Under the pieces are notes generated by a model. The model ran no database searches and had not been told where the DNA came from. It was given only the letters and a program-made list of their open reading frames with translations. DNA of 64,000 bases from the human T2T-CHM13v2.0 reference genome, Homo sapiens: the NCBI RefSeq assembly GCF_009914755.1, contig NC_060939.1. One strand, given 5' to 3'. Made by a program: the position numbers and the translations under genes. Shown piece after piece: positions 27,430-40,099 of this stretch (positions are counted from its first letter, which is position 1; each line of letters begins with the position of its first letter).

Positions 27430-30370
27430 GACACTGATGCTCCAGAGGGCCTTGAAAGCTTGCAGCTGCTTTGTTGTGGTGGGACATGGGTAAGCCCGCA
27501 CCTTATCTATGATGGCAGATGGAATGACTTTAGTTTTACCAAACCAGATGACACCAACTATTTGACTGATAAGCCTGGACCCTGGATTTTGTCTGTATTA
27601 ACCTCCCATCCTCTGTTCAGCAAGTGAGACAGCAAGACAGGGGCTGCAATTTATAAGCTGAAAAAAGACTCAGAAGTTACCATGATAACACCAATGTAGT
27701 GGAAAACATGTATCCCCTTTGGGTCAGCCCATCAACTGAGGTTGGAGGTCACTAGGCTGTGAGAGTTGGGCTGTGTAAATATCCCTGGAACAAGACAGTA
27801 AAAGTCCATTGTTCTTTTTAGGTTAATGCAAATTGATCTTGAATGTGGGGCAGCAGAAATGCTGAAGAAGGTATTGACTAAACTGATAACGAAATGCTAT
27901 GTGGCTAACACCTCTCCTATTCTCGTCAGACTGGAGGAGATATTAGGAACAGCTGCATTCACTCGGGAGACCACCTTATTTAACTCCCAGTAATCTACTG
28001 TCATTCTCCATGTCCCAACTGGCCTCTGCATGGGCCATGCAGGTCTGTTGTAGGAACTGTGCAGTGGCCTCCTAATGCCTACCTGGGCTAACTCCTTAAC
28101 AATCTTCATGATTGGATCATCTTCCCCTCCCCAGGGCGGGTGGTGTTGCTCCAGCTGTGGGACTCCCCATGGGTTGGCAGCTCTACCGGCATCCAGTTTG
28201 CCTTCTGCTTGGTCACATGCGTCACCACTTTAACTCTCAGTTGGAATTCCCTGGCAGTTGTTTGGAGGGTCACGCCTAAGAAGATATCCATTCTCATGTG
28301 TTCTAAGATGGAAGCTATGTATACTAAACAGGGTCTGGGTGGCAGTCCCCCAGGTCGTATCACTAGTTCAACCTGTCTGACTTCTGTGGCCCTTCCATAA
28401 TCACCTATTGCTGCTATGGGCCCAGATAACTGGTAGGTGTTGCCAGTTAGAGCACATTTGTTGTCTGGCCACGCTGACTGGCTCCTTGGCTGTCTCTCTT
28501 CCTTTGGTGCCATTGTTTTTCATCACAGTAGGGTGCATCCCTTGCTTACTCAGTTTCTTCTTTTCTCCTAAGTCAGCAACTACCTGGGGCACATGAAATG
28601 TTGGCTGCCCTCCCAGGGGGCTTAACATGGAAATCAGTGCACCATGCCATTTGGTAGGCACTGAATACATAATTGTAGCTTTTATTTTGCAGTAAACAAT
28701 TCATTGTTGGGACTTCAATAATTCTCAGCATAATTAGCATGCCTCATTTCAACTCCCAGAAGATGTCCTGCAACTCTTCTATAGTCTGCCATTGAGAAGG
28801 AGCTGTGTGGGCATCTTCCTCATTGGACCTGGCCCCGTTGGAGCCTGCAACCACTTACCATAAAGGTGCCATCATAGGGCTGGATGGTTTGTGATGGGTG
28901 CCATTTTACTCATCTTGAGTCCAGAAAGTATAACACTCTCCACCCCCTGTCCCATAGAGAAGCCACCCTGTGATCCACTCTCTCCCCTTGTGTCTGAATC
29001 CAAGTCTAAGCTCCCCCAATTCCACAGTGGTGGCATCCCACATCGTGGTTCACTGCCTTCTCTTAGGTGGGGGAAAGTTCTGTGGGGCTAACTTCTGCTG
29101 GCACAGTTGGCCCACTTTTATGTTGGTGGTGACCACCACAAGTACCATTTGGCTACAGACTGTGTCCTGGTATTCCAAGGCTTTTGTGTCTGGAAGGCAT
29201 CCTTTAGCCAGCCTGCTAAAGGTTGTTCTGGATGTGGAGTGGCCCTCTGTCACATCCTCCACTTGTAAGGCATGACATGTAGTGCAGTTGTTACTCCTAA
29301 ACAGTATATCTCACTTCAGCTTCCTTCTGTCTTTGAGACCAGGGTCTTAGGGACACACACTTATGTCCTTGCCTTTAACACAGTCCCCACCTAAACCCCT
29401 CAGGGTAACTGACTACATCCAATTCACAGGGCTGTCCCTGCACTAGAACTCCCAAGGTTTGTATTCATTTCACTGTGACTTTAGCTTCTTCAGAGCCCTC
29501 ATCCTCCCTTTTGGAACAGTCGCAGTGGGGCACCTTCTTGACTAAGTGCCATGGGGGCCTAAGGAGTTTGCCGAAATGGGGAATAAAGGATCGCCAATGT
29601 CCCAGGAGGCCTTGGAAGGTTTCCAACTGCTTTGGTGTGTTGGGACATGAGTAGACCTGCATCTTATCTTATCTATAATGAAATATGGAATAACTATAGT
29701 CTTATGTAACCAGATGACACCAAGTATTTGACTGATAAGCCTAGACCCTGGACTTTGTCTGCATTGACCCCCCCATCCTCTGTTCACCAAGTGAGACAGC
29801 AAAGCAGGGGCTGCAGGGCAAGAACCTTTATGGAGTCATCCTAACCTTCATCTCCTTCCCACTGGAGCTCTACATCAGACACCAGGACTTAGGCTTCCAG
29901 GACGATGTAGTCATAATAGTCCTAACGCATTGGTGTGGCAGTCGGCAACACTTTAAATGGCCTACCAAATAAACAATGGTCTCCAATTTGCTATCCTATC
30001 CCTGCAGGCGGCATCTCATTATAGTTACAGCTGTTCTTGTGGCTGACACACCCTAGCCTGTGCAGTGAGCTCTGCCTCAGTGGTTGCTCAGAGTGCAGTC
30101 AGGAGTGGCCAACAGCTGCGACAGCTCAGGCATCTGACTGTCACTTTGTCACATTGTCACATCCACCTCAGGCAACAGGTCCTCCAGAACTTTTGGCATT
30201 TTGGAGGCATCCCTGTACACTTGCAGCAGGCCCTATCCATCAAGGATTGCAGCTGTTGGGCCCACAGAGATGTGCATGGCCTGCCTGGGATTTCCCCACA
30301 GGTCTCCCCTTCCTTGACACCGTTGTCTAAGAACTTGTGGGATTTTCTTTGACCTTGTTCTGGGCCTCCC
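27430..30370 (-). mobile_element. ERVL-class internal sequence (protease/RT remnants), with part of RT present twice
   Basis: ORF 27897-28109 YNRPAWPMQRPVGTWRMTVDYWELNKVV...AAVPN resembles ERVL RT ([28 protein letters not shown]...AAVPD). ORF 29465-29662 GLLGHWRSFIPHFGKLLRP resembles GLFGFWRQHIPHLGVLLRP. Confidence 0.85.
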
Positions 30371-30373
30371 AAT

Positions 30374-30795
30374 TGTCATGCTAGACCCCTATTGACTGTA
30401 ATAGGCGTGGCACCATGTCCAAAAGGCTAAAGAGGAGACCTGGAGCCCATGAACAAGATCTAGGGTGTATTGAGGACTTCCATACAATGTGGCCCAGGAA
30501 GAGTGTGTTGGACAGGAAAACCACTACCATTTGTAAAACATGTGTAGTTTATATTATGATTTTCACTTAGCACCCTCTACCTAGCAACCTCCAGATTTAA
30601 CAAAGAGCCTCAATCACCTGGACATCCTGTGTTCCAAGGGATAGGCCAGGGCTTCAGACGTCCTTCACAGACAAGGAATAAACTTCTGGGTGGACAGCTC
30701 CTGGATTTCTTAGCTCAGAGCTCTGAACATACATTCTTCTTAAACTATAGGGTCATTCTCACAGTGTGCTTAAATTAATGCTGCCAGGCATTTCT
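30374..30795 (-). mobile_element. Probable ERVL-type LTR adjoining the internal sequence
   Basis: Begins tgtcatg next to the ERVL internal sequence. gggtgtattgaggacttccataca resembles antisense MER54/73/74-type LTRs; family uncertain. Confidence 0.45.
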
Positions 30796-31102
30796 GGCAT
30801 ACATAGATCTGAACACGCACCTCGTAAAACAATGTATAAAAAAGTGTTCATCAAGACTTTGTATTAGGAATATGTATATTTAAACAAACATTAAATACTG
30901 CTACTCATTTACTATAATATTACAATGGCTGCACAGCAAAGCATTGGTGAATACTGACAAGGCTCCAGAAAAGAAAGTCTTATTCACTGTTGGTAGGAAC
31001 ATAAAATGGCACTTCCTTTTTGGAAAATATTTTCATGATTTCTTTGGAGTTAAACATGTTAATTGAACAGATGACTCTAAGGTACTTTATTCAACTGATT
31101 TT

Positions 31103-31410
31103 TTTGTTTTGTTTTGTTTTGTTTTGTTTTGAGATGGAGTTTCGCTCTGTCACCCAGGCTGGAGTGCAGTGGCGCGATCTCGGCTCACTGCAACCTTCGC
31201 CTCCCTGGTTCAAGCAATTCTCTGCCTCAGCCTCCCAAGTAGCTGTGATTACAGGCATCCACCACCACGCCCAGCTAATTCTTTGTATTTTTAGTAGAGA
31301 AGGGGTTTCGCCATCTTGGCCAGGCTGATCTTGAACTCCTTACCTTGTGATCCACCTGCCTCGGTCTCCCAAAGTGCTGGGATTATAGGCATGAGCCACC
31401 GTGCCTCACC
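31103..31410 (-). mobile_element. AluS element
   Basis: Full antisense Alu with (TTTTG)n tail; TSD tattcaactgatttt at 31088-31102 and 31411-31425. Confidence 0.95.
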
Positions 31411-31550
31411 TATTCAACTGATTTTAATACTTACTTCTACACAGATACTTTCATGGGAATGCCGGTATCAGCTTTCTTCAGTAGAGCTTTTCCTCCTCCA
31501 TGAATTTTGCTTATAGGGTGATAATTATATAAACAATTCCCATATAATTG

Positions 31551-31885
<335 letters not shown>

Positions 31886-32014
31886 CTTCCCATATAATTA
31901 GAGTATATACTTCTATTGTTACTTTTTTCAATTTATTAATGACATACTGTAAACAACATTAAAAATAATAATCCCTTTCATTTCTCAGCCCCAGCACAGC
32001 TGCCTCCTCCCTGG

Positions 32015-32053
32015 GGTTTCTGACACTCTCAGGATGTGGGTTTTCACACTGTG
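32015..32053 (-). other. V-RSS (23-bp spacer) of IGHV1/OR15-1
   Basis: Heptamer CACAGTG (32047-32053), 23 nt, nonamer TCAGAAACC (32015-32023), typical of IGHV1 genes. Confidence 0.95.
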
Positions 32054-32491
32054 TCTCTCGCACAGTAATACGTGGCCGTGTCCTCAGATCTCAGGCTGCT
32101 CAGCTCCGTGTAGGCTGTGCTGATGGACGTGTCCCTGGTCATGGTGACTCTGCCCTGAAACTTCTGTGCATAGTTTGTGCCACCACTGTTAGGGTTGATC
32201 CGTCCCATCCACCCAAGCTCTTGTCCAGGGGCCTGTCGCACCCAGTGCATATAGTAGTCGGTGAAGATGTATCCAGAAGCCTTGCAGGAGACCTTCACTG
32301 AGGCCCCAGGCTTCTTCACCTCAGCCCCAGACTGCACCAGCTGCACCTGGGAGTGGGCACCTGTGGAGAGGACACAGGAGTGGATGAGATCTCCCTGGAC
32401 TGGACTCAATCTCTTTCTCATCACTGGGACTAGGGAGCCTCCTACCTGTAGCTGCTGCCACCAAGAAGAGGATCCTCCAGGTCCAGTCCAT
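32054..32491 (-). CDS. IGHV1OR15-1: Immunoglobulin heavy variable orphon, IGHV1 subgroup (IGHV1-2 paralog); exons 32446-32491 and 32054-32360; open frame
   Basis: Leader [19 protein letters not shown] with a GT/AG intron. V: [60 protein letters not shown]...TATYYCAR with both Cys and the conserved Trp. GQELGW, GYIF and AYTEL match IGHV1/OR15-1 as recalled. Confidence 0.93.
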
Positions 32492-32572
32492 GGTGAGGAG
32501 CTGAGCTCTCAGGGGATTCTCTAGAGGACGGATGTGGTTGTTGGGTGATGCTCTCAGGGCAAGGACAGATCT

Positions 32573-32615
32573 GTATTTACTTCAGTAAATCTCAGGTTAT
32601 TTGCATATTCATGAG
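32573..32615 (-). promoter_or_regulatory. VH promoter: heptamer, octamer and TATA-like box
   Basis: Minus strand CTCATGA (32609-32615), ATGCAAAT (32599-32606), TAAATA (~32574-32579). Confidence 0.9.
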
Positions 32616-33109
32616 GGGTACTATTTCATAGCTTCATAGCTCTAGACTTGATCCAAGATGAGAAAGAGAACACACATTATTTATGGGCCATGCAACAGTG
32701 GGACGCTGAAGCCCTGTCCTAATCCTTGTTTAATGATGTGTGTCCCCTTGTATGCCCAGAACTCTGCTAAAATAAATTGTCTCTGCTGAAAACAAGTTCC
32801 CACAAAACATGGTCCTCCAAGTGAACCCATACTTAAATGGCACTTTGACACCTTCATACTTTTCTGGGCTTTGCTTTCTGCCTGTCTTACTACTGTCTCT
32901 GCTAAGATTGGCAAGCACTGAATTAATAAAACTATCCCTTTTCTCCATCTCCTAACTATTAAGATATCTGAAAATCCTAGAAATTTCTCCTTTTAAATGT
33001 GATTCTCATTGACTTGTTAGGTTAGATAAATCCTACAAATAGTCTTTACTAAATTCTTGTTTAACTTATTAAAGCATGTTTGTTCAAGAAAAGGAAGACA
33101 TCAACCCCT

Positions 33110-33460
33110 GGGAGGAACCCCTCCCCAGCCTCCTGTGCACCTGCTCTTGGGCTGCAGTCTGTGCTGCGGGGAGGCCCGAGCACTCCCTGCCACCCACACC
33201 TTGCACTGCAGGGAGCTTCCTGTTGGGTCTCACAGAGCATTTTTCTCTCAGCCTCTGTAGCTCACTAGGAAGTGACTGTGCCCTGGCTCAGAATGCTCCT
33301 TCAGTGACAACATGAGCGGATGACACCACCTCTTGAAATAGTGAATGGGCCTTTGGAAACCCAATGTCCTCTTCAGGGAGGCTCCAAGAGAAGAATCACT
33401 AAAATCACCAGGGAGTCCCTTTCCTGGAGGTCTAGATGCACTGGATCACTGGAAACAAAG
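33110..33460 (-). pseudogene. Highly decayed IGHV relic upstream of IGHV1/OR15-1
   Basis: Minus-strand FR2-like GACCTCCAGGAAAGGGACTCCCTGG, FR3-like CTGAGCCAGGGCACAGTCACTTCC and heptamer-like TACAGAG (33253-33259), then V-type 3' flank. Paralogous to 50760-51090. Confidence 0.5.
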
Positions 33461-34489
33461 GGAGGCTAAAACTCTGGGGGGGGTTGGAGGTGGCTCTTTT
33501 CTCATTTTGGCTCTTGCAGACAAATACTGCATCTGAGAATACCTGAAGCTGCAGATGGATGTGGATTAAAGCTCACTCCACGTCCACTGTTTCAATAACT
33601 CCTACTCAAACATACAGAAGCACAAACACAAACATACTCACACACACTGTGGCTGATTTTCACAGTTATGGGCCCCTAATGTTTCCTTCTTCATAGTATC
33701 TTACTCATGGGAAGTGCTGCCGACCCTGACCCTAGGCCTCAGCATGTGACTTTCTTTCTCAAACAGATCTAAAGCAATCACACTGACCTCTTTAATCCAC
33801 ATTAATGATGCTGTTGAGGAGGTAATGTGTGGGGCAGGGGAGCATGGTATGTTCTTACAGTTGACTCTCCCTGGTTTGGTTGCCCTCTTCACCTGAGCAC
33901 CTTTACAAGGAATCTCCAGTGATACAGCTGATTTTCTCTCTTTCCTCCCTTCCGCAGATGCTGCACCCAGGGCTACCACCTTGAGTCTGACTCCTCTTGG
34001 CTAATTTTATCATTTGCATGATAGAGGAAGGCTGAGGAGGAGGGGTCTGTAATATGGAAGTACTTCCTTCCCCCACATAAACTAAGATTTTAGAGAACAC
34101 CTTCCCTCGGATGAGCTTTCTAGAAAAGTCTTTTTGTGCATTTTTTCTCAGTGATTACTCCTCCCCAGTTCGTGGCTATAGGGAATCTATTTTAATCGCT
34201 TCCATGAGAACCTGAAGGCCCTGGAGGGCAAGTCCACACAAGTGTGGGGTGTACAGCCTCTAGGAGCGCTCACCTTCCCCCTAGTCCACACTTGTCCTCC
34301 AGACATTCAGCGTAATCACCAGGTAAGTGTTCTCACCAATGTGTTTCCAGGAGCTTCTCTTCCAAGTCAGCAAGTCTCTGCTGTAATTGTGGATGTGCCT
34401 GTCTCTACAGCTTTTGGAGGGAGTAGTTTTTTCAGCAATTTCAGTTCTTAGATGGATTAAAAAATACTTGATATTTAGATGGTTTGGAG

Positions 34490-34986
<497 letters not shown>

Positions 34987-36564
34987 CTGGTTCAGGTGTT
35001 TTTTGATGTAGAAATGGAGCTAATGACTTTTAAGATCATCATATATGTGATCAAAACCCTGAAGTCTCCTAAGAGGTCATGTGTGTTCTGGTACTGGAAG
35101 CAGAACCCTAATCTCCCTACATAAAAGTGGCATCTGGACAGACACAACTGAACACGTAGGGACAAAGGGAATGGCACAGCAGGACACTTTTGAGGAAGTT
35201 TCAACAGTTTCCTTTTTATTCAGAGGAAGCTGCAGCAGGTGAAAGCTGGTTATACCTCAGGTGATGTCATTTTCTGGAAGGCTGTTCTTGCTCTCGTGCT
35301 GAATCAAGTGGATGCACCTGGGCCCTCACACCTGGGACAGGAACTCTCATTCCCTAACACAAGGTGCTCGGTGAGAAAGTTTTTTCCAGCTGAAGTGCAG
35401 AGAAAGGGGAGAGAAGGAGTTGTCTTTGGTGTCCCAGGATGTGTGTCAACTCTAGGATAAAGTCACCTTTGAGGGGCGCTGGTCTACCTGAGGGGATTAC
35501 ATCAGTTCTGCCTTCAATAACCTGTGGCTGTGGTCAGGAGAGTGACTCATGCCCTTCTGCTCCTCCTACCTGCCTTTCATTAAATGTGCAATGAATGAGT
35601 GATCCCTCACCAGAGAGTGTCGTGGTCTAAACATCATGATCTCACACAATAACATCCCCACGCCCAATCTCATATACATTATTGACCCCACTCAATCAGC
35701 AATTGGCAAATAATTTGCTCTTGTAGACTTGGTGAATACATTTACTCAGCGTTCATGTCAACAGCCTCTCAGCCACATTTAGCAAAGTGATTGACAAAAA
35801 TGAACATGTCTCTATCAGCAAATAGAAAATATAAAATCACCAAGTTGGTTGAAACGTACACTATTAACTCTGAACAAATATAATAATTAATTAGGCATAT
35901 CACAATGGCACACAGTTTGTTTTACCCTAAAACTATCCCCTGAGCTTTGCCAAGTCAGTCTCTTGTCTTTCCCCAAAAGCCCTGCCTATCACAAACCTGT
36001 TTTTTAAATTCTTTTAATTTTACTGTATTTAGCAGGTCTCATGAATGGAATTGTACAATACTTAGTCTCTTTTGTCCATCTTCCTTCACTTAGAAAAAAT
36101 GTTAAAATGTTGTTTTCTGAATTAATAACCCATAAGTTTTTATGACTGAATAGTATTCCACTGTGTGAGTATACAAATATTTGAGAATCAATTCTGTTGA
36201 AATACATCATGTTTACTTTTGTGTTTGGTAATTATGAATATCGGTTTATGACAATCGATACTGAACAATTGTCTATATTCTTATTTTCAGATAACATTTT
36301 TTCTTGGTGAGGTGTTTGTTCAGATTTTCAGTCATTTTAGAATTCTGTTTATATTATGCTTTCTGTTGAGTTTTACAAATTCTTTTTATAGCCTAGAGAC
36401 AAGACCTTACAAATAGTAAAAAGAAATAGTTTCTGATTTTGAATAGATTCAATATACATACATAATTTTTAATTGTTATAAGCACATAATAGTATATATA
36501 TTTCTATTTGTTGGGTATATGTGATGTTTTGGTACAGGCATACAATGTGTAATGAACAAAGTAA

Positions 36565-36855
36565 AAAAAACTACAATAAATCTATAAAACATTGATGAAA
36601 GAAATTAAAGAGGACACAAGATGGAACAATATTCCATGTTTATGAATTCAAAGAGTCAATATTGTTAAAATGTCCATTATACTTAAAGCAATCTACAGAC
36701 TCAATACAATCCCTATGAAAACAACAATGATATTCTTCACAGAAATTAAAAAAAATCCTAAAATATATGTGGAAAAACAAAAGATGCAGAATAGCCCAAG
36801 CCATTCTGAGCAAAGAGAACACAACTAGAGAAATCACATTACCTGACTTCAAAAT
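36565..36855 (+). mobile_element. L1 ORF2 fragment
   Basis: aaaacattgatgaaagaaattaaagaggacac...gcaatctacagactcaatacaatccc...cacattacctgacttcaaa. Confidence 0.85.
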
Positions 36856-37695
36856 TTATATTTTTATTATTGTTAATTTATTTGATCTAAAAGTTATGTT
36901 TCAAACAATGAGAATAACAATACGTTAAATGAGTCTGATGTATGTATACTTGAAATTAATGGCATCAATTTTATGAATGATGGAGGTAATTGAGAATGTT
37001 CTGTGTAAGGCACCTGCACTAGATTTGATGTGGAATAATGTCATTTTGAAGATGGAGACAGATTAGTTACACACGCATATTGTAGGCCATGGTGCAAAGC
37101 AGGCTCACCATGCAAAAGTGACCAAAACAAGGCCACCTGGGTTGTACACCTCAGCAGCTGTGTTACCCACTGGGACAAAGCTCTGAAGGACATCCTGCCT
37201 CCAGGGAAGAGAAGAACAAAGCCCAGGGTGTCCCTAGCTGTTTTTCCCTAAATCAAGATTTTATATCCTCTAGGAGAAACAGGAACAAACCTGAGCTGTT
37301 GCAGACAGACAGGATGTCCTTGGCTCTGTGCACGTTCGGGAACAAGATCAACTTGTTCTGAGTCTCTATTTAGTGATTTAGGTTTGGGGAAATAAGAATG
37401 CAGATCTGAAATTATGGAGCTTTCAGAAGGTTTTCTTGTGTCTCAGTGCAATTTCTTCATGTGTTATTTTGGCTTATGGTATTGATAGGCCCACAAAAAC
37501 TAGATTTAATTCAATAATTCAAGTGATAGAGCAAAATTGAAAGAGCTGAGGGGGTTTCTAGCAGGATTTAGAAAGTTTAAAATACTTCACGTTAGAAAAT
37601 GTATTTGCTGGACATTGATGGGACTGGAGTACAGAAGGATGTGGGGGAGTCCAAGGATTGTGCTTTCACACACACCACAATGACTTCTGCTGTCC

Positions 37696-37796
37696 CTTCC
37701 CTCCCTCCCTCCCTCCCTCCCTCTCTCTCTCTCTTTCTTTCTTTCTTTTTCTTTCTTCTGTTTCTTTCTTTCTCTCTTTCTTTCTTCTTTTCTTTC
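37696..37796. repeat. Polypyrimidine (CCCT)n/(CT)n/(CTTT)n simple repeat
   Basis: Seen directly in the sequence. Confidence 0.92.
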
Positions 37797-38139
37797 TGCT
37801 GAGTGAGCACAGAAGTACACACAGATATAAAATTCACTGAATCACCATTAGCTGTTCTTCCTTGTGCCTCCCACCCAGTTCAGGAGGAATTGCAGGTCCT
37901 ACAGAATTCTAGTTCTAAGAGAGTGAGAATCTTTATATGGCTGATTATTCCAGAATTTTCTATAATGATACAGCTGTTGTTTCTTTTAGCCAGTTTTTAT
38001 TGAATTCTATTCTTTTCTATTGAGTCGTAAAACTTATTTCTATATTCTGTTGCAAGTTTGTTTTAAGATATATTATATATATAATATTCTTGAAATCGGA
38101 AAGGTTCTGTTCATTTTCTTAATGTAATTATTTAAATAT

Positions 38140-39950
38140 GAAACTTATTTTATTAGAAATTACAAATAATTTTTGCATATATTTATGACATATGTTGTTT
38201 AGTTATGATACATGTATACATTATGAACTGGGTGACTCAAGCCACTTATATTCATCACCTCACAAATTTATCATTTCTTAGTGGGGAAATTTTAATGTTT
38301 TTTTTTAGTAATTTTGAAATATATACCACCTGATCAGCTATAGTTGACATGCTGTGCATTAGAAAAGCATAACTTATACCTCCTGTCTAACTGGAACATT
38401 GTGCACTTTAACCCACATCTCCCTTTCCCAGTCCACCCCTCCAGCCCCTGGTAACCAACATTCTACTCTATCTCTGCAAGTCTACTGCTTTAATATACTA
38501 CAGTGAAATCTTGAATTACTCTTCCTCCGTTCCTGGCTTGTTTCACTTAGCATAAGGTCCTCTAGATTCAGGCATGCTGTCACAGAGGCAGGGTTTCCTT
38601 CTTATTTAAGGAAGAACATTACTCTGTTGTGTCTGTATGCATTTTCTTTATTCATTCATCCATTCATGGGAATTTAGGATGTTTCCATATCTTTACTATT
38701 TTAAAAGATGCTGCAATGAACATGAACATGGAGTGCAGATATCTCTTTGACATGTTGATTTCATTTCCTTTGGATACATAGCCAGTAGTGAGACTGCTGG
38801 ATTCTACAGTAGATTTTGTTTCTTTATTTTTTGAGGAACATTTATAGTATTCTCCATAAATAGCTGTATTCATCTACATTTTCACTCTCCATATTCTGAG
38901 TTCTGTTTCTGTCATTTCAGCCATCTCAGCCCCATTCAGAACCCCTGTTGAAGAGGTGCTGCGGTTGTTTGGAGGAATGAGGGCGCCCTTTTTGTTCTCA
39001 TGACTTTTTCACTGGTTCTTTCTCATCTTTGTGGGCATATCCACCTTCAGTCTTTGAGGTTGCTGACTTTTGGATACATTTTTATTTTCTTTTATCCTAT
39101 TGGATGATCTTGAGGGTTTGATTGTGGTATAAGGTGGATTCAGCCAACTGGCTTCATTTCTGGAAAAATTTAGGTGGTCAGTGCTCAGCTCCCAACACCT
39201 GGACTGTGTGCTCTAACTCTGGGGGAACTTATACAAGTCCCTGACTTGGTTCTCCGGCTCCTTAAGGTTAGGAATCCACTGTCCTTGGGGGGCTGGAGGT
39301 GTGGCAGCTGTGACAGAGTGCTAGTGGGTGTCTGGGGGCCTGCCTCCCTGCAGGTGTTCACCACAGTGGCAGAGGCACTGCATCTGTGGGTGTGTGGGGC
39401 CCTGCTGGTGACTGTGTTCAAAGTCACGCTGGAGGTGGTGTTGGCTCAGGGGTGGGACACTTGTGGGCACAGGTCCGGGTGCCGTATTCATGCCCCACAA
39501 GCAGGAGCAATTTCTGAATGTGTGAGATGATCTGCTATTCTCTGTGCAGAATTAGTGCAAGTGCGGGACGCTGACAGGAGCGGGCCTGGCTTTTTCCCCA
39601 CCAAAGCTACCTCTGCCGTGGTGGTTGGGGTGGGGGGAGGGGACTGCACTCCACGCAATGGTGGGACAAGAAAAGCAAAACCCACCTATACAGACATGTG
39701 CCTGCAAAGTGATGTGGGGAGTTACGTGGGCCTGGGGGAACCTACAGTATTCGGAGGAAGTGTGTAAGCTGGTGTGTGCACATGAGAGCTGCCCGATTGG
39801 AGCTCTCCACCAGTCAGGCATGGTCTGCCAGGGCAGAAATTTTGGTGCAGGATCCCAGGGTGCCCGAGACTGCCCTGCAAGCAGGTATGGCCAGGCTAGG
39901 GCCCCAGGAGAGGCCAGTAGATGGAGGGGCACTCAGGTCCGTACATTATT
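38140..39950 (-). mobile_element. L1 fragments: L1MA-type 3' end (~38140-38885) abutting an L1PA/PB 5' UTR-ORF1 piece (~38890-39950)
   Basis: cctggcttgtttcacttagcataaggtcctctagattca (3' UTR). ttctgtcatttcagccatctcagcc is the antisense of the ORF1 start region seen near 5400. Confidence 0.75.
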
Positions 39951-40099
39951 TGAGAATATGGCCAAGTTTTATGTGAATGAGTGATGACTTGATTGTAATG
40001 CAGCATTTTATTCCAGTACACAAACATATCTCAAATTGCTTAACATTCACCTGTAATGGATATTCAATGTGTTCTCTCAGTTTCTGGCTTTTATACAGA

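Noticed and set aside
32361-32424. N-terminus MMRKRLSPV... of ORF 32044-32424
   Set aside because: Lies within the leader intron; the true start is the ATG at 32489-32491.
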